A stretch of DNA of 64,000 nucleotides from Candidatus Woesearchaeota archaeon (GTDB lineage: Archaea; Nanobdellota; Nanobdellia; Woesearchaeales; GW2011-AR4). Positions 17,483 through 26,352 of the stretch are shown here, piece after piece. The notes beneath the pieces are model-generated. The model made no database searches. It saw nothing but the letters and a program-made list of their open reading frames with translations, and was not told the DNA's origin. How positions within the stretch are numbered: the first letter of the stretch is position 1; every line of letters begins with the position of its first letter. The stretch lies in NCBI GenBank assembly GCA_016181305.1, contig JACOZN010000001.1:3025-67024 (forward strand), in the 5' to 3' direction. Position numbers and translations under genes: made by a program.

Positions 17483-17751
17483 TTTAGAGTGAATTATTCT
17501 ATCTGGTATTTAAATTTTTGGTAGGATAATATTAATCTTTAGTACCTATCAAACTAAAACTTTATTAACATATAAATAAGATGTTGTTTAAAAATGTCCA
17601 AGGTGCACGATTTTATTCATGAGCGAAGTCCGCTTATCTTTGTACTCTTGTTCTTGTTATCCGCAGCTTTTGCATTTGCGATAGAAGCCGAAACAAAAAA
17701 ATCATCACAGTCACAATAGAAACATTTGGAAGTCTAATAGGAATAATATTA

Positions 17752-17994
17752 TTGGCATTTATAGTTAATGTAACAAAGTCTTTCAGGGGCTCCCTGAGGA
17801 AAAGCTTTAACTACATTGCTTGCGGAGCGATATTCCAGATTTTGTCTTTGGTTTACACACTGGTATTTTTGAGATACAACCTCTTTCCAACGCCATTAAA
17901 CTTCGACATACATCATCTGCTTATGGTTATCGGAATTGTATTTTTTACCATAGGCGTATTTAAGCTGAAAAGCATGCTCAAGGAATTGAAGTAA
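17752..17994 (+). CDS. Small membrane protein (2-3 TM), TTG start
   Basis: 80-aa hydrophobic ORF convergent with the Cache-HAMP gene. No family recognised. Confidence 0.3.
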   Translation: MAFIVNVTKSFRGSLRKSFNYIACGAIFQILSLVYTLVFLRYNLFPTPLNFDIHHLLMVIGIVFFTIGVFKLKSMLKELK

Positions 17995-18042
17995 TCATAC
18001 TCCAAATCCGCTTCAAAATTATTATAATCCTTAAACTTACTT

Positions 18043-19413
18043 TTAATCGTTTTTCTTGATGAAGCCCTTTTCCTTCAAAAGCCTGGCATCTATATTTTTC
18101 GGCTTCTCCAATATTTCTGTAAGCCTTTTTTTGGATTTTTGGTAGGACTCTTCAGACATAAAGCCTAATTTATGGCTTGCCTCAACCGCTTCAAGCTCTT
18201 TCTCTGCCTTTTTTGCTACTCCTATGCGCTTCAAGTCCTTGAGCTCCTGCACCATGCTGTTGAAAGCGCCTGCCAGAGTCCTGAATTCGTCCTTTGATGA
18301 TATTTCCACTCTTGCTTCCATATTGCCGTGCATAACCTCATCAACAGCCTTCTCAAATTTTCCCAGTGACTTTGAGATTGTTGAGTAAATATAAAATCCT
18401 ATTACGCCTGCAAGCACTATCAAAACAATTGCGAAAATCAAAATAGCCAATATCAAATCATGGATTGGCTTGGATATCTGGCCCATTTCAATGTCAACAG
18501 CCAAAATCCATCCCAGCCCCTTGTAATCCTTATAGCCATGCGAATGCGTATGAATAATCAGTTTATCTGCCCCTGTTTGCGGGTCTTTAGCGGTTAATAT
18601 GCCTTCTTTGTCTTTTATCGCTGAAAACAGGCTAAAAGGCTGGAAGATTTCATAATTTCTTGTGGAGAATATAATCCTGCCCTTTTCATCAACCAAAGTG
18701 TATTCTGCGCTGCTGAATTTTTTTTGCGCCTCTGTTTCTCTTATGATGCTGATAATCTCCTCTAAGTTCAGCACTGCTTTTATAACACCTATAAACTCGC
18801 CGTTGCTGTCGTCAATCCTTACGCCTATTGAGGTAGAATAAACATCAGCGCTCTGGTCGTATTTCAGCTCTTCTACATAAATCCCGTCAGATTTCGCCTT
18901 TTGCCACCATTCCTCGTCATCCTGCCTGTAATCGCTTGTTTTTCCTGTCTGGGCGACATTCGCCCCATATTTGTTTGTGGCAAATATCTCGCCATAAAGC
19001 TTATAGCCAAACTTATTTTCGTAGAAATTCGACTTTCGCCTCAATTCTTCAGAAATTTTATTGTCAATAAGCTGCTGCATGAAAGGAGTTATTTCACTTT
19101 TTGGCGCAGAAACCCATTCCAAGTCTTTTTGGTTGATGTAAGACTGCATACCACTTAATTTCTCAAATTCGCTGTTTGACTGGGCTGTAAACCCCATCAA
19201 TTCAGTGTTTTGCGAATAAACTTCAATATCGTTGATTCTTTCATTAATCTCCTTGTCTATCTCCTCAATTGTATGGCGTGTTAACACCAACAAGCCTTCG
19301 CTGGCTGCCTTTTTCAATTCCTTTGAGCTTTCATACATAGGAATAAATATAGCCAAACCGAATAGCAAATAAATTATTAGAAACCCAAGAATCAGCTTTG
19401 TCTGGACTTTCAT
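18043..19413 (-). CDS. Membrane sensor-like protein: TM, Cache-like extracytoplasmic domain, TM, HAMP, short coiled coil; no output domain
   Basis: Two TM helices bracket a periplasmic domain of about 290 aa. The HAMP-like segment is SLGKFEKAVDEVMHGNMEARVEISSKDEFRTLAGAFNSMVQEL. There are no kinase or MCP signalling motifs downstream. Confidence 0.6.
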   Translation of the reverse strand: MKVQTKLILGFLIIYLLFGLAIFIPMYESSKELKKAASEGLLVLTRHTIEEIDKEINERINDIEVYSQNTELMGFTAQSNSEFEKLSGMQSYINQKDLEWVSAPKSEITPFMQQLIDNKISEELRRKSNFYENKFGYKLYGEIFATNKYGANVAQTGKTSDYRQDDEEWWQKAKSDGIYVEELKYDQSADVYSTSIGVRIDDSNGEFIGVIKAVLNLEEIISIIRETEAQKKFSSAEYTLVDEKGRIIFSTRNYEIFQPFSLFSAIKDKEGILTAKDPQTGADKLIIHTHSHGYKDYKGLGWILAVDIEMGQISKPIHDLILAILIFAIVLIVLAGVIGFYIYSTISKSLGKFEKAVDEVMHGNMEARVEISSKDEFRTLAGAFNSMVQELKDLKRIGVAKKAEKELEAVEASHKLGFMSEESYQKSKKRLTEILEKPKNIDARLLKEKGFIKKND

Positions 19414-19977
19414 TAAAATAACCCTCTTTTTTAATAGCCATGAGATTATTTGTATTTAAACTTTCTGATATGTCGGAAATCGCAAAGGCACACACTTTGG
19501 TACTTGAGTCCAAAGCAAGCAAGCGATTTCCGAGCATGCTCAAAAACACGCTCCGTGCTTTAGTTCGGAGTGTTTTTGACAAAAACAATAAAAAAGAAAG
19601 AGAAAATTTGTTAATGATTATAAGCCCAGAATGCCTATTGTGCTTGTTCTGTTTGCTGCTCTTTTTTCTTCTTTGCCATTTTAAGCACCTCGCTTGCGTT
19701 GAAACAATTGCCGGCTTGCCAAGACATTCAATTTTAATTTAAAAGCGTTGCGAAAAAGCTCGTCAGTCAGGAGTTTTTGATAATATTGAAAAAAACAAAT
19801 TACGAGTAAAAATGCGGAATCGTTGACAATATGGAAAATAAATTTAGTATTCTTATATAGAATTAAGAAAAGCTTTAAATAAGCACAGCATAAACTCAAA
19901 GGTGTTTGGACCTTGGGTAAGTGGAACAGGTTCTAAATATTATTGTTTGATAATAAAAAACTATAAGGAGGTATTGA

Positions 19978-21464
19978 ATGCAACAAAACTTCGAAAGACC
20001 GAAGGATATAAAGCAGGTAAGCGAAACAATCTGGGAGATACCAACCTCATTCAAGAAGGGAATGTTAGTTCCCGCGAGAATTTATGCAACTAAAAAATTG
20101 TTGCATGAAATGGATGATGGAGTTTTTAATCAAGTAACTAATGTTGCTTGTCTTCCCGGAATTCAAAAGTACGCATTCTGCATGCCGGATGGGCACTGGG
20201 GATTTTGAGTAAGTTAATTCTTATTCAACCCTTGACGGTTTTCCCATCGGCGGATCGGATTTGACATTTTTGCTAAAGTATAAGCTTTGCGAAGTCACGT
20301 AATTGCGGTATGCGCCTGGTTACAACTAATCTTACCTATAAAGAAGTCCAGCCAAAACTGAGGGAATTAGTTGACACAATGTTCAAGATAGTCCCGTCAG
20401 GAGTAGGCTCAAGGGGATTTGTTGACGCAAACAAATCCCAGTTCAAGGAAATCATGGAGTATGGCTCGAAATGGTGCGTTGAAAACAATTACGGATGGAA
20501 AGAAGACATGGAAAGGACAGAAGGCTATGGCAGGATTGACTGGGCAGAGCCTGAAAAGGTAAGCTCAAAGGCAATTGAAAGGGGCATGAACCAATTAGGC
20601 ACTTTGGGCTCCGGCAACCATTACTTGGAAATTCAGGTTGTGAAAGCGGAAAACATTTTTGACGGGGAATTGGCAAAAAAGTTCGGCATTGTCGAGCCTG
20701 AGCAGGTTGTTGTTATGGTGCATTGCGGCAGCAGGGGATTTGGCCATCAGATTGGCACAGATTACTTGAGAATTTTTGAAGGAGTAATGAAAAAATACAA
20801 TATTGAGGTTTATGACAGAGAGCTTGCATGCGCGCCTTTCCAAAGCAATGAGGGGCAGGATTATTACAAGGCAATGGCATGCGCAGCCAACATGGCATTT
20901 GCAAACCGCCAGGTCATCTTGCACAGGATAAGGGAAGGCTTTTCAAAAATTTTCAAAACAGAAGCTGAAAAACTTGAGATGCACATGGTTTATGATGTTG
21001 CCCACAATATTGCAAAACTTGAGGAGCATACAATTGACGGGCACAAGAAAAAGCTTGTTGTGCACAGAAAAGGAAGCACAAGGGCATTTCCGCCGCATCA
21101 TCCTGAATTGGCAAAAATATTCAAGGAAACGGGGCAGCCTGTCATTATTGGAGGCAGTATGGAAACAGGAAGCTTTTTGCTTGTCGGCACTCAAAAGGCA
21201 ATGGACGAAACCTTTGGAAGCACTGCTCATGGCTCGGGACGTACAATGTCAAGGGCTGCTGCAAAGCATCAAGTGAGGGGAGAACAATTACAAAGAGACA
21301 TGGAGAAAAGAGGAATTTATGTCAAGGCAACTTCAATGCCCGGGTTGGCTGAGGAAGCTGGATTTGCATATAAGAATATAAATGATGTCATTGATGCCGT
21401 TTCACAGGCGGGAATAAGCAAGCCTGTTGTTGGGTTGAAGCCTGTGGGAAATATTAAGGGTTAA
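19978..21464 (+). CDS. rtcB: RNA-splicing ligase RtcB, interrupted by two BHB introns (exons 19978-20203, 20235-20267, 20300-21464); a 1-nt frame discrepancy remains in the 33-nt middle exon
   Basis: Exon 1 ends ...VACLPGIQKYAFCMPDGHWG, the middle exon encodes YGFPIGG / IGFDI, and exon 3 encodes NCGMRLVTTNL...GSGNHYLEIQ...HCGSRGFGHQ...GSTAHGSGR (RtcB active-site motifs). A GGAGGT Shine-Dalgarno lies 7 nt before the ATG. Confidence 0.8.
20204..20234 (+). other. BHB intron 1 within the rtcB coding sequence (31 nt)
   Basis: Central helix gggg (20198-20201) pairs with ccct (20229-20232). The 3-nt bulges are att and tga, and the inner 9-bp hairpin is ttgagtaag/cttattcaa. Excision creates the codon t|ac (Tyr) and restores HWGYGFPIGG. 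Confidence 0.75.
20268..20299 (+). other. BHB intron 2 within the rtcB coding sequence (32 nt)
   Basis: Outer helix gatt/aatt, central helix tgac (20262-20265) paired with gtca (20294-20297), bulges att and cgt, inner helix of about 10 bp. Excision joins gac at|t aat tgc, giving GFDINCG. Confidence 0.75.
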
Positions 21465-21465
21465 A

Positions 21466-22215
21466 ATGGTTGAAGTTTTGTTTCAAATCCTCATCGCAGT
21501 CCTGATAGTCAGCCTAGTCTCATTGCTGGGAATTTTGATTTTTATGCGCAAGAAAACGCTGAACAGGATTTTATTTTTCCTTGTCAGCTTTGCAGCAGGC
21601 ACGTTGCTCGGCGCAGCATTTCTTGACTTGCTTCCAGAGGCGCTTGAAAACGGCTTTAAAGAAAGCGTTCCTGTTTTTATCTTGCTTGGCATATTATCAT
21701 TTTTCATTCTGGAAAAATTCCTTTACTGGCACCACCACCATGCGGGGCACGAGCATGAGGAAGTTCATGGATTTACATACTTGAACATCGTTGGAGACGC
21801 AATACACAACTTCCTTGACGGCGCTGTCATCGCAATCAGTTTTATGAACAATACTGCGCTTGGCATCATCACAACAATCGCCATAATCGCCCACGAAATA
21901 CCTCAGGAAATAGCAGATTTTTCAATTTTGATTTATGGCGGATTCTCAAAGGCAAAAGCCCTTGTTTATAATTTCCTGACAGCTTTGACTGCAGTGATAG
22001 GGGCTTTGGCTGCTTACTTTTACTCAAGCGCAATAGGGAACTCAACAACATTCCTTACATCTTTTGCGGTTGGGGGCTTTGTCTACATAGCGAGCAGCGA
22101 CTTGATTCCCGAAATCCACAAGGAGAAGGACTTGAAAAAATCCCTTGTACAGCTTGTTTTGCTTGCATCAGGCATATTTTTGATATGGATTGTAGGAGAG
22201 GTGTTCCAGCACTAA
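21466..22215 (+). CDS. ZIP-family divalent metal transporter (ZupT-like)
   Basis: His-rich loop HHHHAGHEHEEVHG and ZIP signatures GDAIHNFLDGAVIA and AHEIPQEIADF. Starts 1 nt after the rtcB stop. Confidence 0.85.
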   Translation: MVEVLFQILIAVLIVSLVSLLGILIFMRKKTLNRILFFLVSFAAGTLLGAAFLDLLPEALENGFKESVPVFILLGILSFFILEKFLYWHHHHAGHEHEEVHGFTYLNIVGDAIHNFLDGAVIAISFMNNTALGIITTIAIIAHEIPQEIADFSILIYGGFSKAKALVYNFLTALTAVIGALAAYFYSSAIGNSTTFLTSFAVGGFVYIASSDLIPEIHKEKDLKKSLVQLVLLASGIFLIWIVGEVFQH

Positions 22216-22216
22216 A

Positions 22217-22663
22217 ATGAACATAAACAATGACAAGAAAAGATACAAATTTCTAGAGGATGTTGCAATTGCCGACATTGCATATGAAGCCTACGGCAAG
22301 GACTTGAACGAGCTGTTCGAGAATGCCGCCCTCGCAGTCTTTGAGCTTAGCGCTGACTTAAAAACAGTTGATGCAAAAGAGAAAATTGAATTTGGGCTTG
22401 AGAATGAAAAAATTGACAACTTATTGTACGATTTCCTATCTGAAATTTTGTTTTTGAAAGACTCAAAGTACATGGTTTTCAATAAGGTTAAAGTTGAAAT
22501 TAAGCAAAACAAGAAATATAATTTGAAAGCAATTGTTGAAGGCGATAATATAAACCCCCAAAAACAGCGCTTGGAAAATGACATAAAAGCTGTTACAATG
22601 CACATGTTTGAGGTCAAGAAAGAGAAAAATATGTGGAAGGCTGTTGTTGTTGTGGATATTTAA
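22217..22663 (+). CDS. Archease (RtcB activator)
   Basis: 148 aa with YKFLEDVAIADIAYEAYGKDLNELFENAA at the N-terminus and ...AVTMHMFEV near the C-terminus, both typical of archease. Confidence 0.8.
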   Translation: MNINNDKKRYKFLEDVAIADIAYEAYGKDLNELFENAALAVFELSADLKTVDAKEKIEFGLENEKIDNLLYDFLSEILFLKDSKYMVFNKVKVEIKQNKKYNLKAIVEGDNINPQKQRLENDIKAVTMHMFEVKKEKNMWKAVVVVDI

Positions 22664-23259
22664 GTGTCTTTCAATCTTCTGCTTAATAACTGCCTTGTCG
22701 TCAAAAACCTTGCCCCATTCTTCCTGAACAATTCCAAGTCTTTCTTTTCATTTTTCCTGAAAGCAGGCTTTATGGCATCCTTAATAACATAAGTTTCAAC
22801 ACCAATCTTTATCAATCCCAAAACAGCAGCTTTCACGCAATAGTCGGTTGCAACTCCATAGACGCAGGCTCTTTCGGCGTTTTTTATCATTTCTTTTGTG
22901 TTTGGATTGGAAAAAATGTCATTTTTCTGCTTGAAAACCCAGTACCTGCTGTATTTTTCCAAAATACCCTTTAATTGCCCATTTTCTAATTTATTATTGG
23001 GTATTATTTTTGCATTCGGCAATGTCGTTTCAGGAATTTTCCTGTACCCGTTTGCTTGATTAGCGTAATTTGTCATAACTTCAACACCGCTTTTCTGCAG
23101 GTCTATGGAAGCGACAATGCTTATATTATTTTTTCCTGCAAAATCCGTTATTCTCTTCAATTTCGGGATTATTTTTTCCGCGCCAGGAACATAAAACCTG
23201 CCGTCTTTGCGCATGAAGTTATGCTGCGTGTCAATGTCAAAGAATATTGTGCCTTTCAT
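22660..23259 (-). CDS. Isochorismatase-family cysteine hydrolase (nicotinamidase-like)
   Basis: FFDIDTQHNF (Asp) at the N-terminus and YGVATDYCVKAAVLG (catalytic Cys). Confidence 0.75.
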   Translation of the reverse strand: MKGTIFFDIDTQHNFMRKDGRFYVPGAEKIIPKLKRITDFAGKNNISIVASIDLQKSGVEVMTNYANQANGYRKIPETTLPNAKIIPNNKLENGQLKGILEKYSRYWVFKQKNDIFSNPNTKEMIKNAERACVYGVATDYCVKAAVLGLIKIGVETYVIKDAIKPAFRKNEKKDLELFRKNGARFLTTRQLLSRRLKDT

Positions 23260-23307
23260 TTGAAAAATTAATATTGTTTTGTTTATAAAATTTTAGGTTT
23301 TGAGAAA

Positions 23308-23973
23308 TTAAGCCGCCATAATCTTTTCCAAGCTGTTTATTACATTCAAAGCCTTGAGCAAGTCGTCTTTTTTTATGAATATCAGCAGTTCAGGCGCGCA
23401 GCTTATGATTTCAGCGATGTTTACGTTTTCGGCATTAAGGCTTGATGATATCAGGGATATCACGCCTTTGGTTTTCGCCGCTTCAGGCGCGAAATGGAGG
23501 TTCATTTCAACTAAATTTTTTTCAATTGAAAGGCAGTCGTTTTTTGAAAAATAATTAAAAAATTTTTCAAGGTTCTTCTCGTCTATTATTATCCTGATGC
23601 TTTCCTCTGCCTGGATTATCCTTATTACCTCCCCTTTCTCAACGTCCACAATCGAGTTTATCTTATTCAGCTGCTCAAGCACTTTTCTGCTTTTTTTAAG
23701 GCAAATGTCAATAATATTGCTTCTTGTTTTAACGCCTATTTTTAAAAAAAGTTTTCTTAGTTCTGCTTCTGATTTATGCTTTTCCTCTTTTTTATAGCGT
23801 CTTATAGCACTCATAACAGCATCAAGATTTTTTTCTTCCAAATCCAATGTTTGAATGATATATCTAGAAAGAGCCCTTAAGCTGATTATGTTCCTGAACA
23901 GGCATTTCCTTATTATGAAGTCATTGTCCAGAAATACCTTTACCTTTTCTGCTATTTGTGTCATAAAAGACAC
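23308..23973 (-). CDS. Putative regulator with a C-terminal ACT-like domain
   Basis: The C-terminal beta-alpha-beta-beta-alpha-beta-like segment (ISLISSSLNAENVNIAEIISCAPELLIFIKKDD) resembles ACT. The assignment is weak. Confidence 0.35.
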   Translation of the reverse strand: MSFMTQIAEKVKVFLDNDFIIRKCLFRNIISLRALSRYIIQTLDLEEKNLDAVMSAIRRYKKEEKHKSEAELRKLFLKIGVKTRSNIIDICLKKSRKVLEQLNKINSIVDVEKGEVIRIIQAEESIRIIIDEKNLEKFFNYFSKNDCLSIEKNLVEMNLHFAPEAAKTKGVISLISSSLNAENVNIAEIISCAPELLIFIKKDDLLKALNVINSLEKIMAA

Positions 23974-24059
23974 AAATAAGCCTTTATTTATAAATTTTGT
24001 GCATTTGTGGCATAAGGTTTAAGATATATACTCTTTATACTTAAGATGGGTGCAGTAAA

Positions 24060-24608
24060 ATGGCAGAAAATGACGAATATTTGCTTATTTACAAATTAAC
24101 AATACCTTTTGATAAACCAATGAGTGGTTTAGAGGGAAGACTGCTTGGGCACTTAAATGGCAGAGTAGCTGGAAAACCCGCACCATTTAACGCATTAATT
24201 CAGGCAAATGAGAAAGCGGTTTATGATGTTAAAGAATCTTATACGCCCTCTGCTGGTTACGAATTAGAAAAAGTCTACAAAGCTGAGCTAAATTTGCCAG
24301 ATTTTAACAAAAAATTATTTGACTTTTTAGAAACTGAAAAAAGCAAGGAGCCTACTGAGCAGTTTGAATTTGAAGTACAGGGCTTAAATGGTGATATAAC
24401 AAAAATAAGATTTGTAATGACATACGGGCTTAAGAGCGGAATTTTGGTTAAATACTTGCTATCTAATACACGCTTAAGAATTACAATTCCTAAGGAATAT
24501 GCTTATCAATCTATTGAAGAAGAGAAGATATCTCCAATAACCGAAACAATTTTGCGAGATGTTACTGTAATCGGAAACCCAAAAATTAATGAATCTTTAT
24601 GCGGTTAA
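24060..24608 (+). CDS. Hypothetical protein (orphan, first gene of an overlapping pair)
   Basis: 182-aa ORF overlapping the next ORF by 10 nt. No recognisable motifs. Confidence 0.4.
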   Translation: MAENDEYLLIYKLTIPFDKPMSGLEGRLLGHLNGRVAGKPAPFNALIQANEKAVYDVKESYTPSAGYELEKVYKAELNLPDFNKKLFDFLETEKSKEPTEQFEFEVQGLNGDITKIRFVMTYGLKSGILVKYLLSNTRLRITIPKEYAYQSIEEEKISPITETILRDVTVIGNPKINESLCG

Positions 24609-25234
24609 AAATGAACCCCGAACAATTTATTCCAGGACAAACATATACCATAAGCGGAAAAAGAACTCGAAATGAGTTCGGAAACAATAAAATTGTTGAA
24701 TCTTACACAGCTAGAGGCATATTTGCCGGATACAAAAAAACTGGAAGTGTTGCTTACTTAGTCATGCAAAATTGTATTTTTCATCTTAATGGCTCATCTC
24801 CAACATCCAGCATACGCTTGCTTCTTCCTTATATTTCTGAAAATCCTGATGAGCGAATAAATCATGTCGTTGTTTCAGGTACCCTCACCAAGAAAGTATC
24901 AGAAATTGTTGTGTATAAGAATAGGGAATTAGTCTATCCTATTTCTTCTTTTGTTAGTCGCCATTTGAAAGATGCCATATTCGCAGATATAGAGTTTCAA
25001 ATGGCAATAAGAAGACCGTCAAAGGAATCTGAAGAAACATATCATCAAATCTTAAGTTCATATGGAAATCCAAATTATGTGATACACAGAAGCTCGTTGG
25101 CAGCTAGTCTTCATTTGAAACCTGCAGACAGCATACTTTTAGAAAAACTAGTCAATGAATTACATCAAGCTAGAATGAAAAGGCAGGAAAATAACAGAGC
25201 AACAATAAAAGTAAGGGTACAAACTTATCATTAA
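24599..25234 (+). CDS. Hypothetical protein (orphan, second gene of the pair)
   Basis: 211-aa ORF with no recognisable motifs. Confidence 0.4.
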   Translation: MRLKMNPEQFIPGQTYTISGKRTRNEFGNNKIVESYTARGIFAGYKKTGSVAYLVMQNCIFHLNGSSPTSSIRLLLPYISENPDERINHVVVSGTLTKKVSEIVVYKNRELVYPISSFVSRHLKDAIFADIEFQMAIRRPSKESEETYHQILSSYGNPNYVIHRSSLAASLHLKPADSILLEKLVNELHQARMKRQENNRATIKVRVQTYH

Positions 25235-25238
25235 ATAT

Positions 25239-25727
25239 CTATTCCCTCAGCAAATTCTCGTACTCTTCCTCCTCAGCAACTTCTTCCGAAAGCAAGTCCT
25301 CCGCAAGCTCATGCGTAACCAAGTCCTTGCCATGAGTTTTGTTTGCCAAGTCGTTGTACAATGCAATTGCATGCCTTTCCATTTCCAGGAATACTTTGAC
25401 AAACCCTGAAGTGTCGCTCCTCTTTGCCGGGAATTTTACTTTTCCAAATCCTGCAAGTTTTTCAATCTCTGCCATTGTTGCTGGCGGCTCTCCACCAAGC
25501 TCCGCAATTCTTTTCGCAATCCTGTTTGCATGCTTAAGCTCGCCTTCTGAAGCTTTCTTGAAAATTTCAGCATAAACAGGCGTAGCTAACCCTGAAACAA
25601 TGTTTGCAGCCAGAGAAGCATGATAATGCACAACCCACTCAAAGGCATAAGCTTTGCTCAATTCATTCAACAGCCATTTATGGTCTAGTTTTGAAATTTC
25701 TTTTCCTTTTTGCCCCATTGAAACCAC
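25239..25727 (-). CDS. Ferritin-like/Dps-like four-helix-bundle protein
   Basis: Pattern of Glu/His-bearing helices (EWVVHYHA..., EGELKHANRIAKRI, LEMERHAIALY). Confidence 0.6.
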   Translation of the reverse strand: MVSMGQKGKEISKLDHKWLLNELSKAYAFEWVVHYHASLAANIVSGLATPVYAEIFKKASEGELKHANRIAKRIAELGGEPPATMAEIEKLAGFGKVKFPAKRSDTSGFVKVFLEMERHAIALYNDLANKTHGKDLVTHELAEDLLSEEVAEEEEYENLLRE

Positions 25728-25753
25728 CCCAACGACATAAATTCGTTGACCCT

Positions 25754-26233
25754 TTAATCAAGTGGGACTCCACTTTGTTCAGTCCCACGAATTTTTTTCA
25801 AATCCCAAATCAAATGCCTGTTTTCAAGCCTTTCACCGGGGTTGGGCATGAAATACTTAAATCTTACTATCCCTTGCGAGTCAATTATGAAATAGGCCCT
25901 TTCGCTGAAGCCCTCTTTCCTCAAAGTGCCGTACAATTTGCACACTTCTTTTCCAAAATCGCTAAGCAAAGTAAAATTCAATTTTAATTTATCGGCAAAT
26001 TCCTTGTGGCAGTATTTGCTGTCAACGCTTATTCCAAGCACTTTGGCATTCAAATCATTAAGCTCGCTTAAATCATCCTGAAAGCATCCAAACTCAACAG
26101 TGCATACAGGCGAGAAGTCAAACGGATAAAAAGCAAGAATGACATTACTGTCTTTAAAATCGCTTAGTTTCAATTCCTTGCCGTCCTGATCAGGCAGTGC
26201 AAAATCAGGAGCTTTATCACCGACATTCACCAT
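25754..26233 (-). CDS. Peroxiredoxin (Bcp/AhpC-TSA family)
   Basis: [14 protein letters not shown] peroxidatic-Cys motif. 159 aa. Confidence 0.85.
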   Translation of the reverse strand: MVNVGDKAPDFALPDQDGKELKLSDFKDSNVILAFYPFDFSPVCTVEFGCFQDDLSELNDLNAKVLGISVDSKYCHKEFADKLKLNFTLLSDFGKEVCKLYGTLRKEGFSERAYFIIDSQGIVRFKYFMPNPGERLENRHLIWDLKKIRGTEQSGVPLD

Positions 26234-26352
26234 TTTGATTGCAATGTGAGTTACAAGCAGGTTTCCTCCTTCACGCTTGCATAAAGAGGAAGCTCTTGTT
26301 TTTTATTTTAATTAAAAATGTTTTGAATAAAAATCAGGTTTAAATAAAAATC

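Noticed and set aside
19681-19899. The 72-aa minus-strand ORF, and the other short ORFs between the Cache gene and rtcB.
   Set aside because: The region is AT-rich and intergenic and contains promoter elements for rtcB. The peptide is low-complexity and hydrophobic with no start signals.
20209-20309. An intein or a simple frameshift as the explanation for the rtcB split (the Pyrococcus rtcB carries an intein).
   Set aside because: The gap is only about 100 nt, contains stop codons in the relevant frames and has no intein blocks. There is no slippery heptamer for -1 frameshifting at ggcggatcgg. Two BHB introns explain the conserved motifs much better, although one frame problem remains.
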